This document shows positions 25,890 to 34,287 of a stretch of 56,298 bases of DNA, piece by piece. Below the pieces are notes generated by a model. It saw only the letters and a list, made by a program, of their open reading frames with translations. It was not told the origin of the DNA and did no database searches. The first letter of the stretch is position 1. Each line of letters begins with the position of its first letter. Made by a program: the position numbers and the translations under genes. Source of the stretch: an uncultured Candidatus Saccharibacteria bacterium. GTDB lineage: Bacteria; Patescibacteriota; Minisyncoccia; Phycocordibacterales; DATDWN01. The stretch is from NCBI GenBank assembly GCA_964428435.1, contig CAYRYA010000002.1, positions 43,687 to 99,984 on the forward strand, written 5' to 3'.

Positions 25890-27689
25890 ATGAAAAACAA
25901 TCCACTGGTTAGCCTTTTTACGGCTCTGTGGCACTACTCGGCAGGAAACAGAAGGACAGTTGCATTATTTTGGTTGATGTTTGTACTCAATGAGGCAGTT
26001 AACATTGTGGTGCAACCGTTACTGACAGCGAAAATCCTTAATTCCATTCAGACCCATCAAGGGGTCAATGAGGGTAATCTTTTAACTCTTTTCGGGTATC
26101 TTGGACTCATGCTTGGAGCAACTCTGTTTTTCTGGATGCTCCATGGTCCGGGAAGAATCTTGGAGCGCAGTAATGCATTTAAGGCCCGAATAGAGTATCG
26201 AAAGTTTTTACTTAGTGGAGTGATGAATCTTCCATTGGAGTGGCAGGCAGAACATCATTCTGGTGACACGATCGAGAAGATCAAAGAGGGTACAGGTGCA
26301 CTCTTTGATTTTGGAAGTGGTACCTTCGTTATTCTGTATTCGTTGACTCGACTGTTAGTTTGCTTCGGTATACTGGCATATCACAGTCATCTTGCGGTGC
26401 TCGTTGCACTCTCAATGATGCTCGTGAGTGCTTGGATCATCATGCGTTTTGATCGGGTATTGATACCTCAGTATCGTGACTTGTCACGTGCTGAGAATAA
26501 GATATCTGAGAGCGTGACGGATGCCACGGGCAACATCTCGACAGTAATAATCTTGCGGGTTGAGAAAGTGGTGTTCAATGCGATTGTCAAAAAGCTTGAA
26601 AAGCCTTATGACATGTTCGTAACGAATATAAAGTTGAGTGAGTGGAAATGGTTTCTCACAAACTTTTGCTGCAGAGTAATGGTCTGTCTCTCGCTCGGTG
26701 TATACTTCTGGCAACAAAGCCGTAGTCATGCTGTCTTTGAGATTGGTGTGTATTACCTTCTTCTCAGTTATCTGGAGAAGGTGAGTGAACTGTTCAATCG
26801 TTTTTGTGAGTTGTACGGAGATATTGTGATACGGAGAACTCGAGTGATGAATGCCGAAGTGCTCTCAAAGGATTTCAAAGAAACCACAAACTTCACCAAT
26901 CACGTGCTTCCGGAAAACTGGCAAAAACTCGAGATCAGAGATCTCTCTTTTTCATACCATGGAAAAGATGGTGATATGCATCTCAATAAGATTTCACTTT
27001 CTCTCAAACGAGGTAAGAGGTACGCTTTTGTGGGGGAGAGTGGAAGTGGAAAAACAACACTCCTTAAGTTAATACGAGATTTGTATCATCCACAAAAACT
27101 CACGCTTTCAGTCGATGGAGTGGTAATACCCGATGGTTTCGAAGGTATCAGTCGAGCAATCGCACTGATACCACAAAATCCTGAAATATTTGCCACGACG
27201 ATTTTGGAAAACATCACTCTTGGAGTTGAATATTGTCTTTCTTTCGTCCTTCGATTCACCGACATGGCTTGCTTCACAGACGTGTTGAAAAGTTTACCTC
27301 AGGAAGATAACGATGGTATTAATCATGGAGGTTTTGGTTGCTCAATTAAAGAAAAAGGAGTCAATCTCTCCGGCGGTCAACAGCAGCGCTTGGCGCTCAC
27401 TCGAGGACTGCTCGCCTGTCACGATAAAGCTGTTGTTCTTCTTGATGAACCAACGAGTAGTCTCGATGCCGCCACAGAAATGGATGTGTATCAGAATATT
27501 TTTGAAGGTATGGCAGGGAAAACGATCATCTCGTCTATTCATCGGTTGCATCTGCTCCCACTTTTCGACACAATCTATCTCTTCGATAAAGGGGAGATTA
27601 TTGGAGAGGGGACATTGAGAGAGTTGCTCGCTACTTCTCCTGAGTTTCAACAACTCTGGAGCAAGTACAACAAGTTTCAGGAAGTATAA
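25890..27689 (+). CDS. Fused ABC exporter (TMD-NBD, type I exporter)
   Basis: 599 aa. Six hydrophobic segments are followed by Walker A GESGSGKTT, signature LSGGQQQR and Walker B VVLLDEPTS. Confidence 0.9.
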   Translation: MKNNPLVSLFTALWHYSAGNRRTVALFWLMFVLNEAVNIVVQPLLTAKILNSIQTHQGVNEGNLLTLFGYLGLMLGATLFFWMLHGPGRILERSNAFKARIEYRKFLLSGVMNLPLEWQAEHHSGDTIEKIKEGTGALFDFGSGTFVILYSLTRLLVCFGILAYHSHLAVLVALSMMLVSAWIIMRFDRVLIPQYRDLSRAENKISESVTDATGNISTVIILRVEKVVFNAIVKKLEKPYDMFVTNIKLSEWKWFLTNFCCRVMVCLSLGVYFWQQSRSHAVFEIGVYYLLLSYLEKVSELFNRFCELYGDIVIRRTRVMNAEVLSKDFKETTNFTNHVLPENWQKLEIRDLSFSYHGKDGDMHLNKISLSLKRGKRYAFVGESGSGKTTLLKLIRDLYHPQKLTLSVDGVVIPDGFEGISRAIALIPQNPEIFATTILENITLGVEYCLSFVLRFTDMACFTDVLKSLPQEDNDGINHGGFGCSIKEKGVNLSGGQQQRLALTRGLLACHDKAVVLLDEPTSSLDAATEMDVYQNIFEGMAGKTIISSIHRLHLLPLFDTIYLFDKGEIIGEGTLRELLATSPEFQQLWSKYNKFQEV

Positions 27690-27721
27690 GAAGTAAACAT
27701 TTCCTGTGTGAATTAAATTCG

Positions 27722-27754
27722 ACTCCATCGCTTAACCGGCGATGGAGTTTTTTT
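27722..27754 (+). terminator. Intrinsic terminator of the ABC exporter
   Basis: A 10-bp stem (actccatcgc / gcgatggagt) with a 7-nt loop, followed by T7. Confidence 0.8.
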
Positions 27755-27789
27755 GAAGATTTTTGATTATGTATTTACAAAAAAAGCAA

Positions 27790-28165
27790 TTTAAAAGACC
27801 GGGACAAACCGGTCTTTGTGCTATTTTGCCGTGACGAGGATAGCTCCTCCGGTTTTTTGTTTTGGCTGTACCTTGAAGAGTTTCCTGTCTCTCCTTTTTT
27901 ATTTATTCCATCTTTCCTTCACTTTCTCACTTCTCTCATGACTCTTCATCATTACCTGATGGGGTTTGTCGTAAGGTTCGTGACATCTTACGCTCGTTTC
28001 ATTTTCTGTTTAGCGTCGAAACGATAACGCTTTTCTAGATAACCATGCTTGGCTCCTTTTTTGATCTTGATCTATGTAGGATTTTACCTTTCATAGATCG
28101 TGTTTGCCCCAATTTATCCTGCGCCAAAGGGGCGGGCGCACTCATCTAAATTTTTGTTGCATCCT
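27790..28165 (-). ncRNA. Candidate novel ~375-nt non-coding RNA (ORF-less transcription unit)
   Basis: The minus-strand promoter is TTGACA (28199-28194), 16 nt, TATAAT (28177-28172). The minus-strand terminator is agaccgg/ccggtct (27796-27815) followed by a T-run. The longest ATG ORF I read is 19 codons. Several local hairpins and a ~70-nt purine-rich tract with 9 GGA motifs are present. Confidence 0.45.
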
Positions 28166-28290
28166 GGGTATATTATAGCACTATATATAAACTTGTCAAG
28201 TATTTTTTAAACTCTTTTCTAACCCTGTAAATTAGTCTCAAACCCTTCATTTTCCTAAAAGACGAGTATAAGTGACAAAAAACAAGATAT

Positions 28291-28318
28291 TTGCATGATT
28301 TTTTATATGTGGTATTAT
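28291..28318 (+). promoter_or_regulatory. Sigma70-like promoter for the 28513 gene
   Basis: TTGCAT (28291-28296), a 16-17 nt spacer, then TATTAT (28313-28318). About 195 nt of leader follow. Confidence 0.5.
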
Positions 28319-28449
28319 TAGATGGTAATGATACGAATCAAAAATCAGTCAGCTTCATGGCATTATTATATGCACACCGTCTCACAGAGGGCTGATTTTT
28401 GCGCTATAGAAAACATATAATACTCATTTTCTTCAATACCTAGAACGCA

Positions 28450-28482
28450 AATACCAGTCCTTTCGGGCTGGTATTGTTCTTT
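28450..28482 (+). promoter_or_regulatory. Terminator-like hairpin in the 5' leader (possible attenuator)
   Basis: An 11-bp stem (aataccagtcc / gggctggtatt) with a UUUC loop, followed by gttctttg. It lies 30 nt upstream of the ATG at 28513. Confidence 0.5.
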
Positions 28483-28512
28483 GTAAAATCTATTGAAAAG
28501 GAAAAGATTTCT

Positions 28513-29784
28513 ATGTTTACGAGTTTGTCGATCAAACCCTGTGCGGATATTACACTTCGCCAGCTTATCGAGCTAAAGAACCAAGGGCATTCGGTGTATC
28601 GGACGTCTCATGCCGGTAACTGGAATCTTTACAAGCTTATCTTGTCAGAACTCGGACTGCCGGATTGCATCTGGGATGTCACCTGTATGCACAAGGATGT
28701 GAATAATCAACCAAAAGTTCAACTGGTTGGTGGTCGTCAAATTTCTCTCGTAAGTCCTGACAGTTATTCTGTCCCGACTCTCGGAGAAAAACATCTCACG
28801 GCGTATCAGAAACCAAGAGAGTATCCGAATGATACTCTTTCCAGTTTCCATGTTCATCCGCTGAGGAGGTTGTTTCCAGGGGTCATCACGACACAATCGG
28901 AAGTACTTCTTGAGTATAAACATGAATTGGAGATCATTTTCGACATTGTAGAGCGGTATCATCCACAGTGGCTTGGACGCTATACCTTGCCGTGTGGGTG
29001 TATGGTTGAAATAAAATCCAGATTCTCAGTACGATATGCAGAATGTATACATTCGAGAGTTGAGATTAAGCCGCGCATCCTTGGGGAATCGGCGATCAAC
29101 ACTCTGGAAGAACTCAGAAGACTTGTTTTGGATCCGTCAGGCTACATACCTCGTGGCGGTGTAGTCTACTCGTTTGAGCTGGTTGTTACATGTTATTACT
29201 TGTGGTGTTACTGGAAATTTGGGGATAAAACAATCTACCAATTATCTGGTCCCGACATGATTGGGTATGCGACAAAGCCAGACTTCATTCGAAGAGTGAC
29301 TGCTGTTCTCAGGCTTGTTGGGGATCATGCTCCGCAGCTTGTTCCACGGCATGTGGATGTAAAAATTGTTCCCGCTACCTATATGCGATTTGGATATGTG
29401 GAAGGGGACAGCGGTGTTTCAAAAAAGGTGATGGACGCTCACTACGAGGTCTTTACATTGCAAGAACGTAAACGTCAGAACAGAGGTAGCGTTCAAGTAA
29501 TAAATGAAGCGGATGCTGTGTTAAGAGAAGTTATCCCTATAATTGACCAATACGGTTCTTCATGGGATTTATTTCACAATCCGGCAAAAGATGCTTTCTA
29601 TTCTCAACACGATATGGCTCAGACAGGAGGTCGAGTCAAGATAATGGATGGATTTTTGGATGTCTCATTTCAAGCCATGGGGGAAATTTTACGGACATTA
29701 CCCCAAATCGAAGCAAGTCTTCGAAGTAAATTCTTGTGGAAAGGGTCTTGTAGCCAACCAATCATGGAAGATTCTTTTCGATAG
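28513..29784 (+). CDS. Hypothetical protein (423 aa), orphan, visibly higher GC
   Basis: A clean long ORF with the start trimmed to the first ATG. It is rich in Cys, Trp and Arg and has no recognisable motif. It has its own promoter, leader and terminator. Confidence 0.7.
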   Translation: MFTSLSIKPCADITLRQLIELKNQGHSVYRTSHAGNWNLYKLILSELGLPDCIWDVTCMHKDVNNQPKVQLVGGRQISLVSPDSYSVPTLGEKHLTAYQKPREYPNDTLSSFHVHPLRRLFPGVITTQSEVLLEYKHELEIIFDIVERYHPQWLGRYTLPCGCMVEIKSRFSVRYAECIHSRVEIKPRILGESAINTLEELRRLVLDPSGYIPRGGVVYSFELVVTCYYLWCYWKFGDKTIYQLSGPDMIGYATKPDFIRRVTAVLRLVGDHAPQLVPRHVDVKIVPATYMRFGYVEGDSGVSKKVMDAHYEVFTLQERKRQNRGSVQVINEADAVLREVIPIIDQYGSSWDLFHNPAKDAFYSQHDMAQTGGRVKIMDGFLDVSFQAMGEILRTLPQIEASLRSKFLWKGSCSQPIMEDSFR

Positions 29785-29793
29785 AGGAGGTTT

Positions 29794-29824
29794 GTGGCAA
29801 GTCTTTTACTTGCCACCATTTTTC
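29794..29824 (+). terminator. Intrinsic terminator
   Basis: A 9-bp stem (gtggcaagt / acttgccac) with loop cttt, followed by catttttc. Confidence 0.7.
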
Positions 29825-29884
29825 TACTTTGAATACGATATTAAAAGTAGAAGTATGGTGTGTTACTATTAATTATATAAAAAA

Positions 29885-30817
29885 ATGAATCCAATTATTG
29901 ATTTACATCAAGACTTGATCTTGTATGTCTCTCGACCTGAATTATATAAAGACACAGGACAGACAAGTTTTGAAAAATTAAAAAATAATAATATAAAAGT
30001 GACTGTTGTCTCAGCTTTTGTCGTACCTTCCGATGGTGATTATAAAAGTGATCAGATGAATGGGTTTATAGAAAAAGCTTTGAAAGACTATGTGATGTAT
30101 TGTGATAAAAATCCATCTTTTCGTATTATCAAAAATAAAGATGATCTCAATACAGTTATGTCTACAGAAGGGCTCTGTGGCCTCATACTGCATATCGAAG
30201 GGCTCAATACATTTAATGAAATTACCGGGTGGGATACACTTGAGCAGTGGTATGAGCTTGGTCTTCGATCAATTGGTCCACTGTGGAATATAAATAATCC
30301 TTTTGGGGGAGGTACGCTCGATCCTTCTCTTGGTTTAAGTGAGCTCGGTAAGAAATTGATTACATGGTGTGAACAAAAAGGGGTATTGTTTGATTTTGCT
30401 CACATGAATGAAAAGACATTTTGGAATGCATCACAGGTTGTTTCTCGGCCAATTTTCGTGAGTCATGGTAATACGTCTGCACTCTGCAAGAATGTAAGAA
30501 ACTATACGGACGAACAAATAAAAGTTATTGGAGAAAGTGGTGGTGTTATCGGAGTATTTTTCTCAAAGAAATTTATTTCCGCAGATGAGAACCCCACTAT
30601 TGATGATGTGTTAAAACATATTAATCATATTGTTACTGTAGTCGGTGAAAATGCTGTTGCAATTGGCTCGGATTTTGGAGGGATTACTTCTGGTTTTGCA
30701 AAGAAATTGGAATCTATAGATGATGTCCAAAATCTAATTACGAGTCTTCCGTATGATATACAATCAAAAATATCCTACGAAAATGCTTTACGGATTATTA
30801 AAGCTCATTTGGTTTAA
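29885..30817 (+). CDS. Membrane dipeptidase family (peptidase M19)
   Basis: 310 aa. It has IDLHQD (the HxD metal site), HIEGL, FDFAHMNE, VSHGN and IGSDFGG, which are typical renal-dipeptidase blocks. Confidence 0.8.
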   Translation: MNPIIDLHQDLILYVSRPELYKDTGQTSFEKLKNNNIKVTVVSAFVVPSDGDYKSDQMNGFIEKALKDYVMYCDKNPSFRIIKNKDDLNTVMSTEGLCGLILHIEGLNTFNEITGWDTLEQWYELGLRSIGPLWNINNPFGGGTLDPSLGLSELGKKLITWCEQKGVLFDFAHMNEKTFWNASQVVSRPIFVSHGNTSALCKNVRNYTDEQIKVIGESGGVIGVFFSKKFISADENPTIDDVLKHINHIVTVVGENAVAIGSDFGGITSGFAKKLESIDDVQNLITSLPYDIQSKISYENALRIIKAHLV

Positions 30818-30835
30818 TCCGATTAAATTGTTAAT

Positions 30836-31795
30836 ATGAATTATATGAAAAAAACCTTGCTTTCTGGTGTAAAACCAACAGGACGACCACATATTGGGAA
30901 TTATTTTGGGGCAATGAGACAGTTTGTTGATATGCAGGATGAGTATACTGCTCTATACATGATTGCAGACTATCATGCACTTAATTTTATTCAAGATGGT
31001 TCAGAAATGAAACAGCAAATTATTGATCTAGCTCTCGATTATCTCGCCTTAGGACTTGATCCAAATAAATCCTTGATATTTAAACAATCAGATGTACCTG
31101 AACATACAGAATTTGCATGGATTTTTGATACTATTACCACAATGCCGTACCTTATGCGTGCTCATGCCTACAAAGACGCGGAAGCAAAAGATAAAGAAAT
31201 TAGTGTAGGAACATTCAATTATCCAATGCTTATGGCTGCTGATATTTTACTCTATGATACTGATGTGGTTCCTGTAGGGCAGGATCAGAAACAACATGTA
31301 GAGTATGCACGAGATACTGCACTTAAATTTAATCATACGTTTAAATCTGAAGTGCTGAAGTTGCCTGAAGCTAAAATCATTACTGAGGTTTCAGTTGTAC
31401 CAGGAATTGATGGGCGAAAAATGTCAAAAAGTTATGGAAATACGATTCCACTTTTTGCGAGTGATGCAGAAATAGAAAAAGCAGTTATGTCTATTGTGAC
31501 AGACTCTGGTTCTGAAAGACCAGAAAATGTATATGCGATACATAAGCTATTTAAAACCGAAGCAGAACTCACACCTCTTTATGAAGAAAACAAAGGAAAA
31601 TATAAAATTCTGAAAGAAGCCTTAATTTCCGACCTTAAAGCGTTTATTGGTCCACTTCGTGAAAAACGAGCTCAGCTCGCATCAGATACAGACTATGTGC
31701 TTGATGTACTCAAAGAAGGTGGTCAACGTGCCCGAGAAAAAGCAATACGAAAGATGGATGAAGTAAAAGAGGTGATAGGGGTGAAGTTATACTAA
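30836..31795 (+). CDS. trpS: Tryptophan--tRNA ligase
   Basis: HIGH-type motif GRPHIGNYFG, KMSKS and GQDQKQH. The start may be Met4 (30845). Confidence 0.95.
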   Translation: MNYMKKTLLSGVKPTGRPHIGNYFGAMRQFVDMQDEYTALYMIADYHALNFIQDGSEMKQQIIDLALDYLALGLDPNKSLIFKQSDVPEHTEFAWIFDTITTMPYLMRAHAYKDAEAKDKEISVGTFNYPMLMAADILLYDTDVVPVGQDQKQHVEYARDTALKFNHTFKSEVLKLPEAKIITEVSVVPGIDGRKMSKSYGNTIPLFASDAEIEKAVMSIVTDSGSERPENVYAIHKLFKTEAELTPLYEENKGKYKILKEALISDLKAFIGPLREKRAQLASDTDYVLDVLKEGGQRAREKAIRKMDEVKEVIGVKLY

Positions 31796-31802
31796 TTTCT
31801 TA

Positions 31803-33590
31803 ATGAAAAATATAAAGGAATATCTCAAAAGTGTTCAATTTTCACTTAGCTATGCTTTTCGTTTTGTACCAAAAGAAACTCTAGCGATGATGTTAATTGT
31901 GATTATGGCCGGAGCATTACCATATGGAAGTGCATGGTTTTTAGGTAGATTGGTAAACGCGATTGTGATGGGGGCAAAAATGGCTTCATATGAAGGTATT
32001 TGGATTCTCCTTTTTTTATATGCCACTGTTAACGCACTTCCACATATTCTTGGAAATATTCGATTATTTATCAGTCGACACTGGAAACTTAAGTATTCCA
32101 AAGAATTAGAGTTAGATTTATTTGTACATCGAGAGAGAATTGATATTGCTACGTATGAAGATCCAAAATTTCAAGATTTACTCCAAAGAGCTTTTAGAAA
32201 AGGTCCATGGGTAGTCTTTGAACTTGCTTATTTTCAATTTGACTTTGCTCAAGAAGTTGCAGCGCTTATTATCGGTACTATTCTGGCAGTGCATTTCAAT
32301 CCAATTATCTATCTTGTTGTAATTATTTCAGCATTCCCAAGTTTTATTATTGATACTAAGTATGCTACTCGCGGATGGAGTATTTGGGCTAAGGATTCTC
32401 CGGAACAAAGAAGGTTTTCAGATTTGAGGCATTATATTATGAATCGAACTCCACTGATCGAGACAAAACTTTTGCAATCAGGAGGGAAATTGATTAGTTG
32501 GATGCGCAAAATTCTTAGTGGTTTTATGCATAAACAACTTCAGTTGGAAAAGTCTCGAGTGTGGCAGACGACAGTAGCAGGGCTTATTGCATACATTGGT
32601 TTTGGAACAGCTCTGGTTATTTTAGTTAGGCAAATTATAAATGGAGATCTGGAAGTTGGTAGTTTAGTGTATATGATGGGTACTCTTGCAGCCGTTCGAA
32701 GTTCGATCGCTCGAATCATGTCTACGCTTGGATCACAATATGAAACCCATTTAACTGTCAAAGATGTTCGAGAGGTAGTGGAAACAGAATCAGTTATCGT
32801 AGATCCTATAAATCCTACTCATCTTAATCTCTCTTCTGCACCAGAAATTATATTTGAAAATGTGAGTTTTAAATATCCTCATTCTGATACATGGACTCTT
32901 CGTGAACTAAATATGAAGCTTGTTCCGGGTAACAAAATAGGTCTAGTAGGCAACAATGGTGCTGGAAAAACTACTTTTGTGAAATTACTGTGTCGAATTT
33001 ATGATCCAACCGAAGGGCGGATTTTAGTAAATGGAGTAGATTTGCGTGATATTTCTACAAAAGAATGGTGGTCTTATCTTGGAATTATGTTTCAAGATTA
33101 TGCAAGTTATGATTTTGTTGTTAAAGAGGCGATTGCTATTGGACGACCTGATTCAAACCTTAAACTCGACAAGGTGGTTGAAGCTGCACAAACTGCTCAA
33201 GCTCATGAATTTATTGAAGAGTGGAAAGATACCTACAACCAACAACTTGGGGTTGAGTTTGGAGGAAAGGAACCATCAAAAGGTCAGCGTCAGAAACTTT
33301 CAATCGCTAAAATTATTTATCGAAATGCATTTGTAATGATCTTGGATGAACCGACTGCTTCAGTTGATGCAGAGTCAGAAGCAAAAATCTTCGATTCACT
33401 AGAAGGTCTTTCAAAAGATACTACCGCTTTGCTTATTTCACATGATTTTTCAACAATACTTCAATGTAATCAAATTTTTGTATTTGAAAAAGGTAGGCTT
33501 ATTGAGGAAGGTAGTCATGATATTCTTATTAAAAAGAAAGGTGTATACGCACACCTTTATGAATTGCAAGCAGAGCGATTTAGAAAATAA
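31803..33590 (+). CDS. Fused ABC exporter (TMD-NBD)
   Basis: 595 aa. It has multiple TM segments, Walker A GNNGAGKTT, the degenerate signature PSKGQRQKL and Walker B MILDEPTAS. Confidence 0.9.
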   Translation: MKNIKEYLKSVQFSLSYAFRFVPKETLAMMLIVIMAGALPYGSAWFLGRLVNAIVMGAKMASYEGIWILLFLYATVNALPHILGNIRLFISRHWKLKYSKELELDLFVHRERIDIATYEDPKFQDLLQRAFRKGPWVVFELAYFQFDFAQEVAALIIGTILAVHFNPIIYLVVIISAFPSFIIDTKYATRGWSIWAKDSPEQRRFSDLRHYIMNRTPLIETKLLQSGGKLISWMRKILSGFMHKQLQLEKSRVWQTTVAGLIAYIGFGTALVILVRQIINGDLEVGSLVYMMGTLAAVRSSIARIMSTLGSQYETHLTVKDVREVVETESVIVDPINPTHLNLSSAPEIIFENVSFKYPHSDTWTLRELNMKLVPGNKIGLVGNNGAGKTTFVKLLCRIYDPTEGRILVNGVDLRDISTKEWWSYLGIMFQDYASYDFVVKEAIAIGRPDSNLKLDKVVEAAQTAQAHEFIEEWKDTYNQQLGVEFGGKEPSKGQRQKLSIAKIIYRNAFVMILDEPTASVDAESEAKIFDSLEGLSKDTTALLISHDFSTILQCNQIFVFEKGRLIEEGSHDILIKKKGVYAHLYELQAERFRK

Positions 33591-33676
33591 AGGACTCAGT
33601 AACTATTCTTGGAGCAAAATGATAGTGAATATACTCCCAGTTTACTTCTCGTTTGTTAGAAAAAAATTGTGTAGTT

Positions 33677-33885
33677 ATGCCACAAGGGCACTTCTTGTTT
33701 TCTAAGAAGATTACTTCTAAGAAAACAATGTCGTACCACAAGGGCACTAATTGATCTCAACAGTAGTTGATACCCGAGAGCGGTACTAAAACGGATTACC
33801 GTTAAGAGCTCAATGTTGTACCACAAGGGCACTAATTGATCTCTAAGACGGATTACCGTTAAGAGCTCAATGTTGTCCACAGATC
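33677..33885. repeat. Four diverged tandem units (~57 bp) each containing a hairpin
   Basis: The core ccacaagggcac recurs at 33680, 33737 and 33822, with a degenerate copy near 33877. Exact 26-mers lie at 33733-33758 and 33818-33843, and exact 28-mers at 33791-33818 and 33848-33875. Confidence 0.8.
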
Positions 33886-33927
33886 TTTTTTAATTAGATT
33901 TTTATATGAGCTATACTATAGGCATCT

Positions 33928-34287
33928 ATGAAAGTGCTTTCTCCACATCGTGTCGAACGTCCTTGGGGATCTTTTGATGAGTTTGTTAAAAATACTCCAT
34001 GCACAGTAAAAATAATTACTGTCAATCCAGGTGAGGCAATCAGTCTTCAGCATCATACACACAGAGTTGAGTTTTGGGTTGTGTTGAAAGGTACAGGTTT
34101 TATTACAGTAGGTGATGTACGAACTGAAGCTCATGAAGGTGATCGGTATAATATCGATGTTGGTACAAACCATCGTGCAGAAGGAGGAGAAACTGCGCTT
34201 GTATTTTTGGAAATATCAACAGGTGATTTTGATGAAGATGATATCGTGCGAGTTGAGGATAAGTATGGACGTATAGATAACATATGA
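33928..34287 (+). CDS. Cupin-domain protein (type II mannose-6-phosphate isomerase-like)
   Basis: 119 aa. RPWGSF...KIITVNPGEAISLQHHTHRVEFWVVLKGTG is the ManC C-terminal cupin pattern. Confidence 0.8.
   Translation: MKVLSPHRVERPWGSFDEFVKNTPCTVKIITVNPGEAISLQHHTHRVEFWVVLKGTGFITVGDVRTEAHEGDRYNIDVGTNHRAEGGETALVFLEISTGDFDEDDIVRVEDKYGRIDNI

Noticed and set aside
27342-27728. 128-aa minus-strand ORF.
   Set aside because: It is antisense to the conserved NBD (signature and Walker B region) of the ABC exporter.
27790-28165. Identification of the ORF-less unit as tmRNA, RNase P RNA or SRP RNA.
   Set aside because: I could not find the diagnostic sequences: GGAAAGUCC or ACAGAA..GGCUUA for RNase P; a tRNA-like GGUUCGAAUCC 3' end or a tag ORF for tmRNA; the GGAA-tetraloop with AGCAGC for SRP. 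It is left as an unclassified candidate.
33677-33885. Possible mini-CRISPR array (repeated 26-28-nt blocks).
   Set aside because: Repeat spacing is irregular (57, 85 and 56 bp). The would-be spacers are themselves duplicated exactly (28-mers at 33791 and 33848). No cas genes lie in the window. It is better described as a diverged tandem duplication with internal hairpins.
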